A stretch of DNA of 64,000 nucleotides from a virus: the IMG/VR virus record IMGVR_UViG_3300045988_144650. One strand, 5' to 3'. The position numbers and the translations under genes were made by a program. This document shows, in pieces, positions 52,578 to 63,453 of the stretch. Each line of letters opens with the position of its first letter. Within the stretch, counting starts at the first letter, position 1. The notes beneath the pieces were generated by a model, which was not told the DNA's origin, searched no databases, and worked only from the letters and a program-made list of their open reading frames with translations.

Positions 52578-55412
52578 GTGGTTTGCTTACATCAGCCAGG
52601 ACGATTAACTTATTTTTTTGACAATTCAATACTTATTTATGAGGCGGTGAGCAACATTTCTAAACAACAGTCTTGCCAGAAGTTTATTTACAAGATACAT
52701 AGCGCACGCTTACGCAAGGCGAGGTGGAATTTGACTTTACCGATCTCCGAAGCTCGAAGAAACGACGAGGTCATTTCCTTAAGCGATAGCCAGATGCTGC
52801 GCTTCATAGATAAGCTGAACGGTATTGAAAACGGAGATGCGATTGCAAAAGGTATCAAAAATGAGATAAAAATGCTCAGAAAAGAGCCAAATTCCTTGCA
52901 AAATCGCAGAAAAATCAAGAAATTATACGAAAAACTGGACGAAATCCAGTATAAACCAGACTATATGTGTCTGATTATTGATAAGGAAAAGGATTACTGG
53001 CGTGCTTGCCGTGGCTTCAAGATCAACGGTTTGAAGTATGTGCGGCTGCTCGGAACCAACGGTGGCATCAAGAACTCCACCATCGTGTTCGTCAGCGAGC
53101 GGCTTGCGCCGGAGCTGAGGCGTCGAATCGACAACGGGCGCAATAAGGATATGGAGCTTGTCCCTGCCAAGTTGGAAGCATATCAGGCATTGGTGTGCAG
53201 CGGCTCTACTCCTGTGTCGATGCCAAAGGGTATCGCGGTCGTCAATGACTGTATTACCCACTTCAAGTCTGATGTGGTCAACCTGAATGACGAGACCGCC
53301 GGCGAGCCTGTGATGCAGTTTACCCCTGATGTCGATATTGAACTCAACGCTTCCGACGGATACGGACTGATGCTCCCGTCTTTGGCGAGAAAGTGGTCTG
53401 AAGAACTGAAGCTCGACTATATGGTTAGCGGTGTGAACACCCGCTTCTCGTGGGAGAAAGGTATGGTCTTTACATTCGACTTCCTTGCTTTTGCGGATGA
53501 GGTGGCAGGCACCCGCATCATCAAAGATGCTTGGGGTAACGATGTAGACCTGACCGATGTAGAGTTGATTCTTACGACTTCTATGCTTAAGCTTTGGGAC
53601 TCCTACGACAGTTGCGAGGATTATCTGAGAAACTGCGCGGAGAATGAGTACACATTTGGCATTGCCAAGACTTGTCCTAAACGGTTGGAGCGCGAGCGAA
53701 ATCTGAACTATCAGTTTATTCAGAGCTATGAGCTGACAAATGAACAGATTGAGGAACTGATTGCTCCTACCATCAATGAGATCCATGACATCTTGAGCCT
53801 TGACTGGCGTAAATCGGTTCTGTTCTTAAAGGGCGTTGGGCTTTCCGATGAAAACATCGACTATGTGGACGCCGACTTCGCCAAGGCAATCATGGTAGAC
53901 CGCAGGATGATGGAAGATCCGTTCGTCAGAAAAAAGATTTTCGCTCTAATCAAGAAGCGTATCACCGACGCCAAGATCGGTGTCATCAAGGTGCATGGCA
54001 ACTACTCCATCATTTCTGGCGACCCGTATGCTTTGTGTCAGAGTATATTTGGGCTTGAGATTACAGGTTTGCTGAAGACCGGCGAGATCTACAACAAGTA
54101 TTGGCTTGACAGTGGTTCCGAGAGACTTGCCTGTTTCCGGGCGCCTATGACTTGTCACAACAACATCCGCTTGATGCGAGTGGCGTCTGGCGAGGATGTT
54201 CAGAAGTGGTATCAGTATATGACTACTTGCACCATCCTTAACGCTTGGGACACATCATCGCAGGCATTGAACGGCTGCGACTTCGACGGTGATTTGGTGA
54301 TGTTGACTGACAATAAGATCCTCGTTGAGAATCTCGTTGAGTTGCCGGCTATCATGTGTGTGCAGCGCAAGGCTAAAAAGCGTGTGCCTACTGAGCAGGA
54401 TATGATCCAGTCCAACATCGACAGTTTTGGTGACGATATTGGCAAGATCACCAATCGTATTACTTCCATGTTCGATGTGATCGCCCAGTTTGAAAAAGGG
54501 TCTGAGGAATACGAAGTGCTGGACTACCGCATTAAGTGTGGTCAGCTTTTCCAGCAGAACGCCATTGATAAGGCTAAGGGCATTATTGCAAAGCCTATGC
54601 CGAAAGAATGGTATGACAGAAATTCCAATCGTAGCTGTGATATTGAGGATGAAGCACAGCGACAGTTTAATCTGCGAGTTATCGCTGATAAGAAACCGTA
54701 CTTTATGCGGTACATCTATCCTACGATGATGAAGCAGTACAATACATATATCTCCAACACTAACAAAAAGGCTATTCGCGAGTTCCGCCTGACAATTGAT
54801 GAACTGTTGGAGAAACCTACGGACGAACTCACTGATGACGAGCGCAACTTCATTCGTTACTACCACGCAAAGATGCCTGTTGGTGTACACGACTGCGTAA
54901 TGAACCGAATTTGCAGACGCTTCGAACAGGAGTTCGACGGATACATAGCCCGTCATAGCGGTGACTTTGAGTTTGACTACCGCATTATGAAGAGTGGGCA
55001 AGATTATACAACCACGCAGTACAATGCTGTGCTGCAGCTTTACAACGCTTATAATCGTCGCGCACAGGACTATATGCAGTATGCAAAGAAAGAGCGTGTT
55101 GACGACGATGAAAACGCTAACCAGAAGAGCGTAATGATCCAGGAATTTAAGAGCGAGTGTCAGAGCGTATGCTCCAACAATCTGCAACTGTGCGATATCC
55201 TGCTCGACATCTGTTACCAGAAAGAGGGCTCCAAACAGTTTGTTTGGGATATTGCAAGCGAGGAGATCATTGAGAATCTGCTGAACCGAAATGACAGGTA
55301 TATTTCCTACCCGGTGCTCAATGCCGAGGGCGATGTGGAGTTCGGCGGAGAACGGTTCTCTTTCTCAATAAAGCAGATTGGAGGAGATGCAGATGAGCAT
55401 TGTGTTGAATGA
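52578..55412 (+). CDS. Large protein with the DFDGD motif; YonO-like single-subunit RNA polymerase candidate.
   Basis: 944 aa containing NGCDFDGDLVML, which resembles the universal NADFDGD Mg-binding motif of double-psi beta-barrel RNA polymerases. The phage context and size match B. subtilis SPbeta YonO. Confidence 0.5.
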   Translation: MVCLHQPGRLTYFFDNSILIYEAVSNISKQQSCQKFIYKIHSARLRKARWNLTLPISEARRNDEVISLSDSQMLRFIDKLNGIENGDAIAKGIKNEIKMLRKEPNSLQNRRKIKKLYEKLDEIQYKPDYMCLIIDKEKDYWRACRGFKINGLKYVRLLGTNGGIKNSTIVFVSERLAPELRRRIDNGRNKDMELVPAKLEAYQALVCSGSTPVSMPKGIAVVNDCITHFKSDVVNLNDETAGEPVMQFTPDVDIELNASDGYGLMLPSLARKWSEELKLDYMVSGVNTRFSWEKGMVFTFDFLAFADEVAGTRIIKDAWGNDVDLTDVELILTTSMLKLWDSYDSCEDYLRNCAENEYTFGIAKTCPKRLERERNLNYQFIQSYELTNEQIEELIAPTINEIHDILSLDWRKSVLFLKGVGLSDENIDYVDADFAKAIMVDRRMMEDPFVRKKIFALIKKRITDAKIGVIKVHGNYSIISGDPYALCQSIFGLEITGLLKTGEIYNKYWLDSGSERLACFRAPMTCHNNIRLMRVASGEDVQKWYQYMTTCTILNAWDTSSQALNGCDFDGDLVMLTDNKILVENLVELPAIMCVQRKAKKRVPTEQDMIQSNIDSFGDDIGKITNRITSMFDVIAQFEKGSEEYEVLDYRIKCGQLFQQNAIDKAKGIIAKPMPKEWYDRNSNRSCDIEDEAQRQFNLRVIADKKPYFMRYIYPTMMKQYNTYISNTNKKAIREFRLTIDELLEKPTDELTDDERNFIRYYHAKMPVGVHDCVMNRICRRFEQEFDGYIARHSGDFEFDYRIMKSGQDYTTTQYNAVLQLYNAYNRRAQDYMQYAKKERVDDDENANQKSVMIQEFKSECQSVCSNNLQLCDILLDICYQKEGSKQFVWDIASEEIIENLLNRNDRYISYPVLNAEGDVEFGGERFSFSIKQIGGDADEHCVE

Positions 55413-56148
55413 GAGAGAATGCGCCATAGAAGCGCTGCAGAGATGCGTGCTCGACACGAAGCCTTTGGAAACGCTTGGTCGGGTTGCGAAATATTATCGA
55501 GCAGAGGGCTACAAGAAGTCTGAGATCCACAGTATGTTGGAGTCGTTCATGTTGAAGTGTGATCCTACAATCAACATTGTGAAGTGGCAGGATGCCATCG
55601 ATAGGCAGATCAAGGATGCTGAGAAGTTTCCTCTGATTGAACTCGACGGTATTCCTATCACACAAAGCGAATTGGATGTTTGCGATGGCCTGTCAGGAAA
55701 ACAGATGAAGCGATTGATGTTTACACTCATCTGTCTTGCCAAGTTCTGTAACGCGGTCAGCGATAAGAACAACAACTGGGTCAATCGTCCAGACAAGGAA
55801 ATCTTTAAGATGGCAAATGTGGTTACCCCCATTAAGCGCCAGTCTCTGATGCTTAATGATTTACGCGAAGCAGGATTGATCCGCTTTAGCAGAAAAGTGG
55901 ATAACATCAACATCAATGTTTCCTGTATTGATAATACTGGCGATCCCGTGCTTGTTATCACTGACTATCGTAATCTTGGATATCAGTATATGCGGTACTG
56001 CGGTGAACCGTATTTTGAGTGTGCGTCGTGCGGTGTCGTGATTAAGCGCACCGGAAAGAACCATAAGTATTGTAGCGACTGTGCTGCGGACATCCATCGC
56101 CAGAAAGCGCGTGATAACTTCAAGAACAGGACTCAATATACTAAGTAG
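55378..56148 (+). CDS. Hypothetical protein with a C-terminal zinc finger.
   Basis: CASCG...CSDC Cys pairs. Confidence 0.4.
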   Translation: MEEMQMSIVLNERECAIEALQRCVLDTKPLETLGRVAKYYRAEGYKKSEIHSMLESFMLKCDPTINIVKWQDAIDRQIKDAEKFPLIELDGIPITQSELDVCDGLSGKQMKRLMFTLICLAKFCNAVSDKNNNWVNRPDKEIFKMANVVTPIKRQSLMLNDLREAGLIRFSRKVDNININVSCIDNTGDPVLVITDYRNLGYQYMRYCGEPYFECASCGVVIKRTGKNHKYCSDCAADIHRQKARDNFKNRTQYTK

Positions 56149-56295
56149 CCATTTCAAAAAACTTTCGTTTTAACCATGTCCGTAAAGCCTGATAACAAGG
56201 GCTTTACGGCATGGGGTGCAGTATATCTAAAATGTATATAAAATATGTCAACGCTTTTTTATGAAGCGAAATTCAGACCGAAAGGGAGTTTATTG

Positions 56296-56469
56296 TGATT
56301 ACTATCACCAGTCAGGAAAAAGAGATTATTGCGGAGCGTATGCCGAATGTTCACATTCGCAGAACGGTCAGACAGAAGTCCAAGCGCCATAAGTATTATA
56401 TGGAAGAGAACAAAAACGCCATGCGCCTTCTGAAGGAACTTCGCACTGACAAAACAGAAGTTAAGTAAG
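56296..56469 (+). CDS. Small basic protein (about 57 aa), GTG start.
   Basis: GAAAGGGAG RBS then GTG reads VITITSQEKEIIAERMPNVHIRRTVRQKSKRHKYY... It is not in the ORF track. Confidence 0.3.
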
Positions 56470-56480
56470 GAGGTTAACAC

Positions 56481-57677
56481 ATGGACAAGCTTTCAAAGCA
56501 GCCAAACGAAACAGAGTTGGCGTATCACAAGCGTCTGATCTTTGGTAAGTTGGTTGATGGGACGCTTGCCGATGAGGACTATTCCGAACTTGCACCTTAT
56601 GTATATGGTAAAGAGTATAGTTCTGATGTCGCCCGAAGAATGATGTATGGCAGCAGACGAACTCTGGAGTTGTTGGATGAACAAGCTGTAAAGCAAATCA
56701 CATCCGACGATATTTTGAGCGAGCTGGACGCAAAGATGATTGAGTCCAAAAAGGAGCGTCAAAAGTTTTATGACCAGCGTAATGCGCTGACCAAAGTGAT
56801 CAGAGATCGCTCTCGTCAGGAAGAGTTGAATGAGATCCTGTACGAAGCTATCCAGTCCGGCAATCTTCCTCAGCTTAACTATCAGAGGACAGAAATCGAA
56901 CCCTCGGACAATGATCTACTGGTGAGTCTGAACGATATCCATTATGGAGCAAATGTTCAGAATTACTGGAATACATATAATTCCGACATCTGCCGTGATA
57001 TGATGTGCAGATACCTTGATAAGATTATTTCTATCGGCGAGACACACGGCAGTGAGAACTGTATCGTGTGGGCAAATGGAGATGAGATTAGTGGTAACAT
57101 CCATCAGTCTATTGCTGTCACCAATAAGGAAACTGTGATTGAACAGATTAAGGGTGTGTCGGAGCTGATTGCTGAGTTTCTTGCTGAACTGAGCAAACAT
57201 TTCAGACAGGTAACCTATGTGAGCGTTGCCGGCAATCATAGTCGTATTGACCCCAACAAAGATAAGGCGCTGATTTCTGAGCGACTTGACGATCTTGTTG
57301 AGTGGTATCTTGCCGCAAGACTGCAGAATTTCGATAATGTAGTTGTAGGCGGCGGTGAAAAGGTTGACTGCACTATGTACCTTATTGATGTCCGTGGTAA
57401 GACCTACTGCGGTGTACATGGTGACTTTGATGGCAGCGCAACCAAGATTCAGGCATTGCAGACAATGGCACAAAAGCCTCTGTACGCAGTATTGTCTGGT
57501 CATCTGCACCACAATAAGATTGATGATGTGCAGGGTATTAAAACAATCATGGCAGGATCTTTCCTCGGTATGGACGACTACTGTGTCCAGAAGAGAATTT
57601 ATGGTCGTGCTGAGCAGATGGTATGTGTCTGTGATGGTGATGGCGTCCGGTGTTCATATCCGGTGCCTTTGAATTAA
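56481..57677 (+). CDS. Metallophosphoesterase (calcineurin-like, SbcD/Mre11-type fold).
   Basis: LNDIHYG, GDE, GNH and GHLHHN motifs. Confidence 0.65.
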   Translation: MDKLSKQPNETELAYHKRLIFGKLVDGTLADEDYSELAPYVYGKEYSSDVARRMMYGSRRTLELLDEQAVKQITSDDILSELDAKMIESKKERQKFYDQRNALTKVIRDRSRQEELNEILYEAIQSGNLPQLNYQRTEIEPSDNDLLVSLNDIHYGANVQNYWNTYNSDICRDMMCRYLDKIISIGETHGSENCIVWANGDEISGNIHQSIAVTNKETVIEQIKGVSELIAEFLAELSKHFRQVTYVSVAGNHSRIDPNKDKALISERLDDLVEWYLAARLQNFDNVVVGGGEKVDCTMYLIDVRGKTYCGVHGDFDGSATKIQALQTMAQKPLYAVLSGHLHHNKIDDVQGIKTIMAGSFLGMDDYCVQKRIYGRAEQMVCVCDGDGVRCSYPVPLN

Positions 57678-57757
57678 ATTGATTAGATGTGCTATAGCGA
57701 GCGGGAGGGGTTGACAGCCCCATCCCGCTTTCTTTTTCTCAAAATTATGACAAGGAG

Positions 57758-58798
57758 GTGGCTTGTTTGCCGAGAAGCACACAGATGAATGATCTGACAA
57801 GCCCCGAGCTTGTCGCGCAGGTCAACCCCGAGAATCTGCGGCTAAAAAAGGATTTTCTGGATTATCTAAAATCCGTTCAGAGAAGCCCTGGTACAATTCG
57901 CGGTTACGAGAATGACCTTGATATCTTCTTCGTGTATTGCATGAAGAATCTTGGCAACAAGAACTTTGCAAATGTAAGTAAGCGAGATCTTGTTTCCTTC
58001 CAAAATTGGCTTATCAACGACAATGGAAATTCGCCGTCGCGAGTGCGGCGAATCAAGTCTGCAATCTCTTCTCTATCCAATTTTATCGAAGCAATTCTGG
58101 ATGACGAGGAAGAGTTTAAGAACTTCCGCTCTATTGTTCGTAAAATTGAGTCCCCCGTAAATCAGCCGGTTCGTGATAAGACGATCCTGTCAGAAGATCA
58201 GCTCAACAGTTTGCTGAAAATGCTGACGGATAGTGGCAAGCACGAAAAGGCTTGTATGCTGGCCTTGGCTATGCATTCAGGCCGAAGAAAGTCTGAGCTT
58301 GTGCGCTTTAGGGTCGATGACTTTAAGGACGAGAACTTGGTTTGCGGCGGTGCGCTGTATAAGACAAGCGAAACAATTAAGACCAAGGGCTTTGGACTTG
58401 GCAAATATATTTATTGCTACACACTGGCAAAAGATTTCAAACCCTACTTTGACCGCTGGATGGAACAGCGTGAGAAAGATGGTATTGTCAGTGAATGGCT
58501 GTTCCCGCTCAAGGATGATCCGACACAGCAGATGAAGCCCGAAACACTAAACAGTTGGGCAATATCTTTCGGAAAGCTGTTGGGCGTAGATTTCTATTGG
58601 CACTGTCTCAGACATTACTTTACAACCGACCTTGCCCGCTCCGGTTTGCCGGACGGTGTAATTCAGGAAATCATTGGTTGGACTTCAAGCGATATGGTTC
58701 GCCTGTATAAAGACCTGACTACCGAAGAGCAGTTGGATCAGTATTTTGATGAGACCGGTATCAAGGTTGTTCAGCCTACAAAGCTGAGCGATTTGTGA
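57758..58798 (+). CDS. Tyrosine integrase/recombinase.
   Basis: MHSGRRKSELVRFRVDDF (box I Arg), HCLRHYF (HxLR), catalytic Tyr in DMVRLY, and an N-terminal SAM-like core-binding domain. Confidence 0.8.
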   Translation: MACLPRSTQMNDLTSPELVAQVNPENLRLKKDFLDYLKSVQRSPGTIRGYENDLDIFFVYCMKNLGNKNFANVSKRDLVSFQNWLINDNGNSPSRVRRIKSAISSLSNFIEAILDDEEEFKNFRSIVRKIESPVNQPVRDKTILSEDQLNSLLKMLTDSGKHEKACMLALAMHSGRRKSELVRFRVDDFKDENLVCGGALYKTSETIKTKGFGLGKYIYCYTLAKDFKPYFDRWMEQREKDGIVSEWLFPLKDDPTQQMKPETLNSWAISFGKLLGVDFYWHCLRHYFTTDLARSGLPDGVIQEIIGWTSSDMVRLYKDLTTEEQLDQYFDETGIKVVQPTKLSDL

Positions 58799-58824
58799 TA
58801 ACAGGAATATGAAAGGGTGTTTAT

Positions 58825-59115
58825 ATGTTACAAAGAGATGATTTTATTACACGGCTTGCTCAAAAGGGATATACGAAGCACGAAGCCGGAATTATCATGG
58901 ATGATTTCATCCGTACACTGGAAGAGATCCTTGTTGAGGGTGAATCCGTGATGTTCCGTGGTTTTGGCACCTTTGATGTGCGCGAGCGCTCCGAAAGAGA
59001 GAGCGTTGATCCTCAGAGCAAGGAACGCATTGTGATTCCCTCATACCGCGCTCCCAAGTTTACTCCCGGTAAGCTGTTGAAGCGAGAGGTTAAAGAGGGC
59101 ATCATCCGAGACTGA
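58825..59115 (+). CDS. HU/IHF-family DNA-binding protein.
   Basis: FGTFDVRERSERESVDPQSKERIVIPSYRAPKFTPGKLL matches the HU beta-arm signature. Confidence 0.8.
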   Translation: MLQRDDFITRLAQKGYTKHEAGIIMDDFIRTLEEILVEGESVMFRGFGTFDVRERSERESVDPQSKERIVIPSYRAPKFTPGKLLKREVKEGIIRD

Positions 59116-59126
59116 GGTGATCTTAT

Positions 59127-60194
59127 ATGCCGAAGCAGAGTAAGATAACCAAATCGAGTCCGGGTGTGGCGGCGCCAATTAAGGATGCTCCCGATAAGTT
59201 CTATTGCACGCGGTGTCCGCGTGATTACACAAGGCAGAAAGGAAACTTCCCTGCCTCCCAAAGCCCGATCTACCGTGAGAACGGTGGCTATCTGCCTGTT
59301 TGCCGGCATTGTGTAGACGAAATGTACCAGCACTATAAGACTGTGCTTGGTGATGAAAAGTCTGCAATCCGCAGAATCTGTATGAAGTTCGATATTTATT
59401 GGAACGACAAGATTTACGGTATGCTTAATAAGAGCAGTACCACAAACTCTCGCGTTCTGAGTTATATCAGCAAGTCCAATTTGTATCAGTTTGTTGGTAA
59501 AACATTTGACGATACACTGGACGAAGAGAATGAGCTGATGCAGAGATCGTCCGATGTGGCTTTGGATGAAATTATTGCAGACAGCAATGAAGAGATTACA
59601 ATTTCGAGCGAAATCGTCGAATTCTGGGGCGCCGGTTTCGCTCCTTCATTTTACATTGATCTGGAGAGGCGCCTGAAATATTGGTGTGGTGACGCTGATC
59701 GCTACTCAATGGATGTCAGTGAATGCGCTATTATCAGACAGATTTGTATGTTGGAAGTTACGATTACTCGTGATACAGCCGCAGGTAAGTCAACTGATAA
59801 GTCAGTTAACGCATTGAACACATTGCTTGGTAGTGCAAACCTGAAGCCTGTCCAGAAAAAGAAAGAAGAGAATCTCGATGCAGCAGCAGAGTCAACTCCC
59901 TTTGGTGTGTGGATTCGCAAGATTGAAAACACTCGGCCTATTGCAGAGCCCGATCCGCAACTTAAGGATGTTGACGGTATCGCAAAATATGTTTCCGTTT
60001 GGTTCCTTGGTCATCTTTGCAAAATGATGAAGATCGAAAATACATACAGCCGTCTGTATGAAGAGGAAATGGCACGGCTTCGTGTTGAACGCCCTGAATA
60101 TGAGGGTGAAGACGAAGAAGCTGTGTTTGAAGATATTTTCGCCAGAGCCGATGAGAACGGAACCGATTTTGACGGTGAGATAGATGGCGAGTGA
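59127..60194 (+). CDS. Hypothetical protein with an N-terminal zinc finger, possibly a terminase small subunit or DNA-binding protein.
   Basis: CTRCPRD...CRHC Cys pairs. Its position immediately upstream of the terminase large subunit is suggestive. Confidence 0.35.
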   Translation: MPKQSKITKSSPGVAAPIKDAPDKFYCTRCPRDYTRQKGNFPASQSPIYRENGGYLPVCRHCVDEMYQHYKTVLGDEKSAIRRICMKFDIYWNDKIYGMLNKSSTTNSRVLSYISKSNLYQFVGKTFDDTLDEENELMQRSSDVALDEIIADSNEEITISSEIVEFWGAGFAPSFYIDLERRLKYWCGDADRYSMDVSECAIIRQICMLEVTITRDTAAGKSTDKSVNALNTLLGSANLKPVQKKKEENLDAAAESTPFGVWIRKIENTRPIAEPDPQLKDVDGIAKYVSVWFLGHLCKMMKIENTYSRLYEEEMARLRVERPEYEGEDEEAVFEDIFARADENGTDFDGEIDGE

Positions 60195-61926
60195 AACAAG
60201 AGAAGGTAGAATTTTGGCCGGCGTGGATGCGTGGGCTTCTTTTTATAGAGCCAACCCACACCGTTTTGCTGAAGACTACCTGAATGTCCACCTGCGATTG
60301 TTCCAGAAGATCCTGCTTTATATGATGAATATTTGCTATTTCTTCTGTTACATCGCTGCTCGTGGTCAGGGTAAATCCTGGCTTCTGGCTGTTTTCTGCT
60401 GTATTCGATGTATCCTATACCCCGGTACAAAAATATGTATTGCATCCGGCACACGAGGTCAGAGTATCAACATTCTTGAAAAGATCAAAATTGAGCTTTT
60501 GCCCAACTCTCCTCTTTTGAAAAATGAGATTGAGAACTTGGTCATTTCAAGTACAAATGCGTATGTTGATTTTAAGAATGGCTCCTCTATTAAGGTTGTT
60601 ACTGCGTCTGACTCCGCACGAAGCAACCGTGCCAACATTCTGTTGGTGGACGAGTTCCGTATGGTTAACAAAGACACTATTGAAACCGTCCTGCGCCGTT
60701 TCTTGACCGCCCCTCGTATGCCCGGGTATTTGCATAATCCAAAGTACGCTCACCTCAAAGAGCGTAACAAGGAAGTATATCTTTCCAGTGCTTATTTCAA
60801 GAGTCATTGGTCATATGAAAAGGTCAAAGACTACAAGGATAAAATGCTGGATGATACAACAAAGTATTTCGTGTGTGGCTTGCCGTATCAGCTTTCCATT
60901 AAAGAGGGGCTACTTGACAACAATGCGGTTGCAGACGAAATGTCAGAGGCCGGCTTTAATGAGACCAAATGGTCTATGGAGATGGAGTGTCTCTGGTTTG
61001 GCGACTTGGATGGTACATTCTTTGATTTTGACACTGTTTCTAAGAACAGAAAGATTGCTTACCCCATGTTGCCTGACGATGTGTCAATTAAGCTGACGGA
61101 CTCCAAAAAGGTAAAGATACTTCCGAAACAGAACGGCGAAAAGCGTATTCTATCGGTTGACCTTGCTTTGATGGCAAGTACGAAAAACAAAAACGACGCA
61201 TCCGCTATTTTCATCAATCAGTTGCTGCCAACAAAGGCAGGACGATATACGAATAATCTTGTGTACACAGAATCTTCTGAGGGCGCACATACTGCCGATC
61301 AGGCGCTACGCGTTCGAAAGTTGTATGAGATGTATATGTGCGACTACATCGTAATCGATGTTAAGGGTGTCGGCTTTGGTGTTGCAGATAGCTTGGTTAG
61401 AGACATTAACGACCCAGATACTGGTGAAGTTTATCCTGCTCTTTCCTGCTGCAACAATGCAGAGTGGGCTGCCCGTGCTCCTCATGGCGCTGAGAAAGCG
61501 TTGTGGGTTATTAACGCAACAGACAAATTCAATTCTGAGTGTGCAATTTTGCTTCGTGATGGATTTAGAGCCGGCAGAGTAAGATTGCTTGTATCTGAGT
61601 ATGACGGTGAGACAAGCCTTGCGGGTATCCGTGGCTATGGCTCTCTTGATGCTTCTGATAAACTGCAGCTTCAAATGCCGTATATCAATACTACGCTTCT
61701 GATCAATGAGCTGATCAATCTGCAGCATGATGAGACGAGCGGCTTTGTTAAAATCACCCGTAAAAAGGGTGTGCGAAAAGACCGTTATTCCAGTTTGAGC
61801 TATAGCTATTGGGTTGCTTGTCAGCTTGAAAGCAAGCTTAAGAAAAGAAATAGTTCTGCTTCTGAGAGTGATCAGGTGTTCATGTTCAGAGCACCAAAAG
61901 TTAAACAAGGAAGGCGGGTGAAATAA
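60184..61926 (+). CDS. Terminase large subunit.
   Basis: Walker A AARGQGKSW, Walker B ILLVDEF and a C-terminal RNaseH-like nuclease region. It lies just upstream of the portal-sized gene. Confidence 0.7.
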   Translation: MASETREGRILAGVDAWASFYRANPHRFAEDYLNVHLRLFQKILLYMMNICYFFCYIAARGQGKSWLLAVFCCIRCILYPGTKICIASGTRGQSINILEKIKIELLPNSPLLKNEIENLVISSTNAYVDFKNGSSIKVVTASDSARSNRANILLVDEFRMVNKDTIETVLRRFLTAPRMPGYLHNPKYAHLKERNKEVYLSSAYFKSHWSYEKVKDYKDKMLDDTTKYFVCGLPYQLSIKEGLLDNNAVADEMSEAGFNETKWSMEMECLWFGDLDGTFFDFDTVSKNRKIAYPMLPDDVSIKLTDSKKVKILPKQNGEKRILSVDLALMASTKNKNDASAIFINQLLPTKAGRYTNNLVYTESSEGAHTADQALRVRKLYEMYMCDYIVIDVKGVGFGVADSLVRDINDPDTGEVYPALSCCNNAEWAARAPHGAEKALWVINATDKFNSECAILLRDGFRAGRVRLLVSEYDGETSLAGIRGYGSLDASDKLQLQMPYINTTLLINELINLQHDETSGFVKITRKKGVRKDRYSSLSYSYWVACQLESKLKKRNSSASESDQVFMFRAPKVKQGRRVK

Positions 61927-63438
61927 GTGGAGAAAAAGATTGTTGAAGTGACTGAGAACACTTCTGGGTCGGCGGCGACAAGTTCCAATTTCAATATTGA
62001 TGGTATGATCCATTTGCCACAGAGATTTGCGGCACTTAATCGACTGATTACCAGAGATCTGAACGGCACTTCGAGGAACCCGACTTTCTACCTATACACA
62101 AAAGATCAAATCACAACATTTTTGCAGAATCCTTATAGTAACCAAAAGAATCTGCGAAATGCTGCTATTTACATTTATGGTGCAAGCTCACACTTCCGTC
62201 GGTTGATCCAGTATTTTACTGGGTTGACCGATTTGTCATATGTGCTGTCTCCGCACAAGATTGACACAAGCACCGTAAAACCGGCAACCATCGGTAAGCA
62301 ATACAGAAAAACGCTGAATATGCTTTCTGCGATGGATATCAAGAACCAGTTCCCCAAGATTATTACGGTTTGTCTCCGCGAAGATACATTCTATGGAACC
62401 ATGTGGGTCACCAACGACAACATTACCATTCAGCAGTTGCCGTCCGATTACTGTGATATTGCAGTTGTTGAGGGAAATGTTCTTAATGTTTCGTTCGATT
62501 TCTCATATTTTGACTCAAACAGTGAGTATTTGGCGCTGTATCCGCCCGAATTTGAGAAAAAGTACAAGCTGTATCAGAATGACCGCACAAAGATGAAGTG
62601 GCAGGAGTTGGATTCTCCTACTTCGTTTGCTGTGAAATGTAACACAGATATTCTGAATTATTCTATTCCCCCGTTTGCAGGTATGTTCCGCGAAGTTTAT
62701 GACCTTGAGGACTACAAGCAACTCAAGATGACAAAGACTGAGTTGGAGAATTATGCCATGTTGGTAATGAAGCTTGGCATCAATTCTGATGGCGAATGGG
62801 AAATGGATCTTGATAAGGCAAAAGAATTCTACCGCAACCTGGACAATGTTCTGCCGGAAGAGGTTGGCGCAGTTCTGTCTCCTATGGAAATCAATAAGAT
62901 CAGCTTTGATCGTTCCACCGCTGGTGATAGCGATACGATTGCGGAAGCTGAGCAGAACCTGTTTACCGCAGCGGGTGTTTCCACTCTGCTATTCAACAAC
63001 GATAAGGCTTCGAGCAATGCTTTGCTCCTGTCTATTAAGGCAGACCAAGCGATTACTTATGGCATCGTTAAGAGTCTTGAGGGTGTTGTGAACCGCTTTA
63101 TTCAGAGCTACTCACACGGTAAGAATTTCAAGGTGACATTCCTTGATTGTAGTCCTTATAACCGCAAGGAAATCGGCGAGCAGTATTTGAAAGCTGCTCA
63201 GTATGGTTTACCTACCATTTCTTACTACTGTGCTTCACAGGGTGTATCTCAGGCAGAGATGGATTGCATGAATTTCCTGGAGGATAGCGTGCTTGATCTG
63301 AAGTCAAGGTTCAAGCCGTTGATGAGTTCTGCAACGATGAGTTCCGCTGACGCCGGCGCTCCTCAAAAGGATATTGGAGAGCTGAGTGACTCTGGTGAGC
63401 AGTCCAGAGAGACTGAAGATGGAGACAACAACGAATAA
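61927..63438 (+). CDS. Portal protein (putative).
   Basis: 503 aa with an acidic C-terminus, located immediately after the terminase large subunit. Confidence 0.5.
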   Translation: MEKKIVEVTENTSGSAATSSNFNIDGMIHLPQRFAALNRLITRDLNGTSRNPTFYLYTKDQITTFLQNPYSNQKNLRNAAIYIYGASSHFRRLIQYFTGLTDLSYVLSPHKIDTSTVKPATIGKQYRKTLNMLSAMDIKNQFPKIITVCLREDTFYGTMWVTNDNITIQQLPSDYCDIAVVEGNVLNVSFDFSYFDSNSEYLALYPPEFEKKYKLYQNDRTKMKWQELDSPTSFAVKCNTDILNYSIPPFAGMFREVYDLEDYKQLKMTKTELENYAMLVMKLGINSDGEWEMDLDKAKEFYRNLDNVLPEEVGAVLSPMEINKISFDRSTAGDSDTIAEAEQNLFTAAGVSTLLFNNDKASSNALLLSIKADQAITYGIVKSLEGVVNRFIQSYSHGKNFKVTFLDCSPYNRKEIGEQYLKAAQYGLPTISYYCASQGVSQAEMDCMNFLEDSVLDLKSRFKPLMSSATMSSADAGAPQKDIGELSDSGEQSRETEDGDNNE

Positions 63439-63453
63439 AAGGAGGAAACGATT

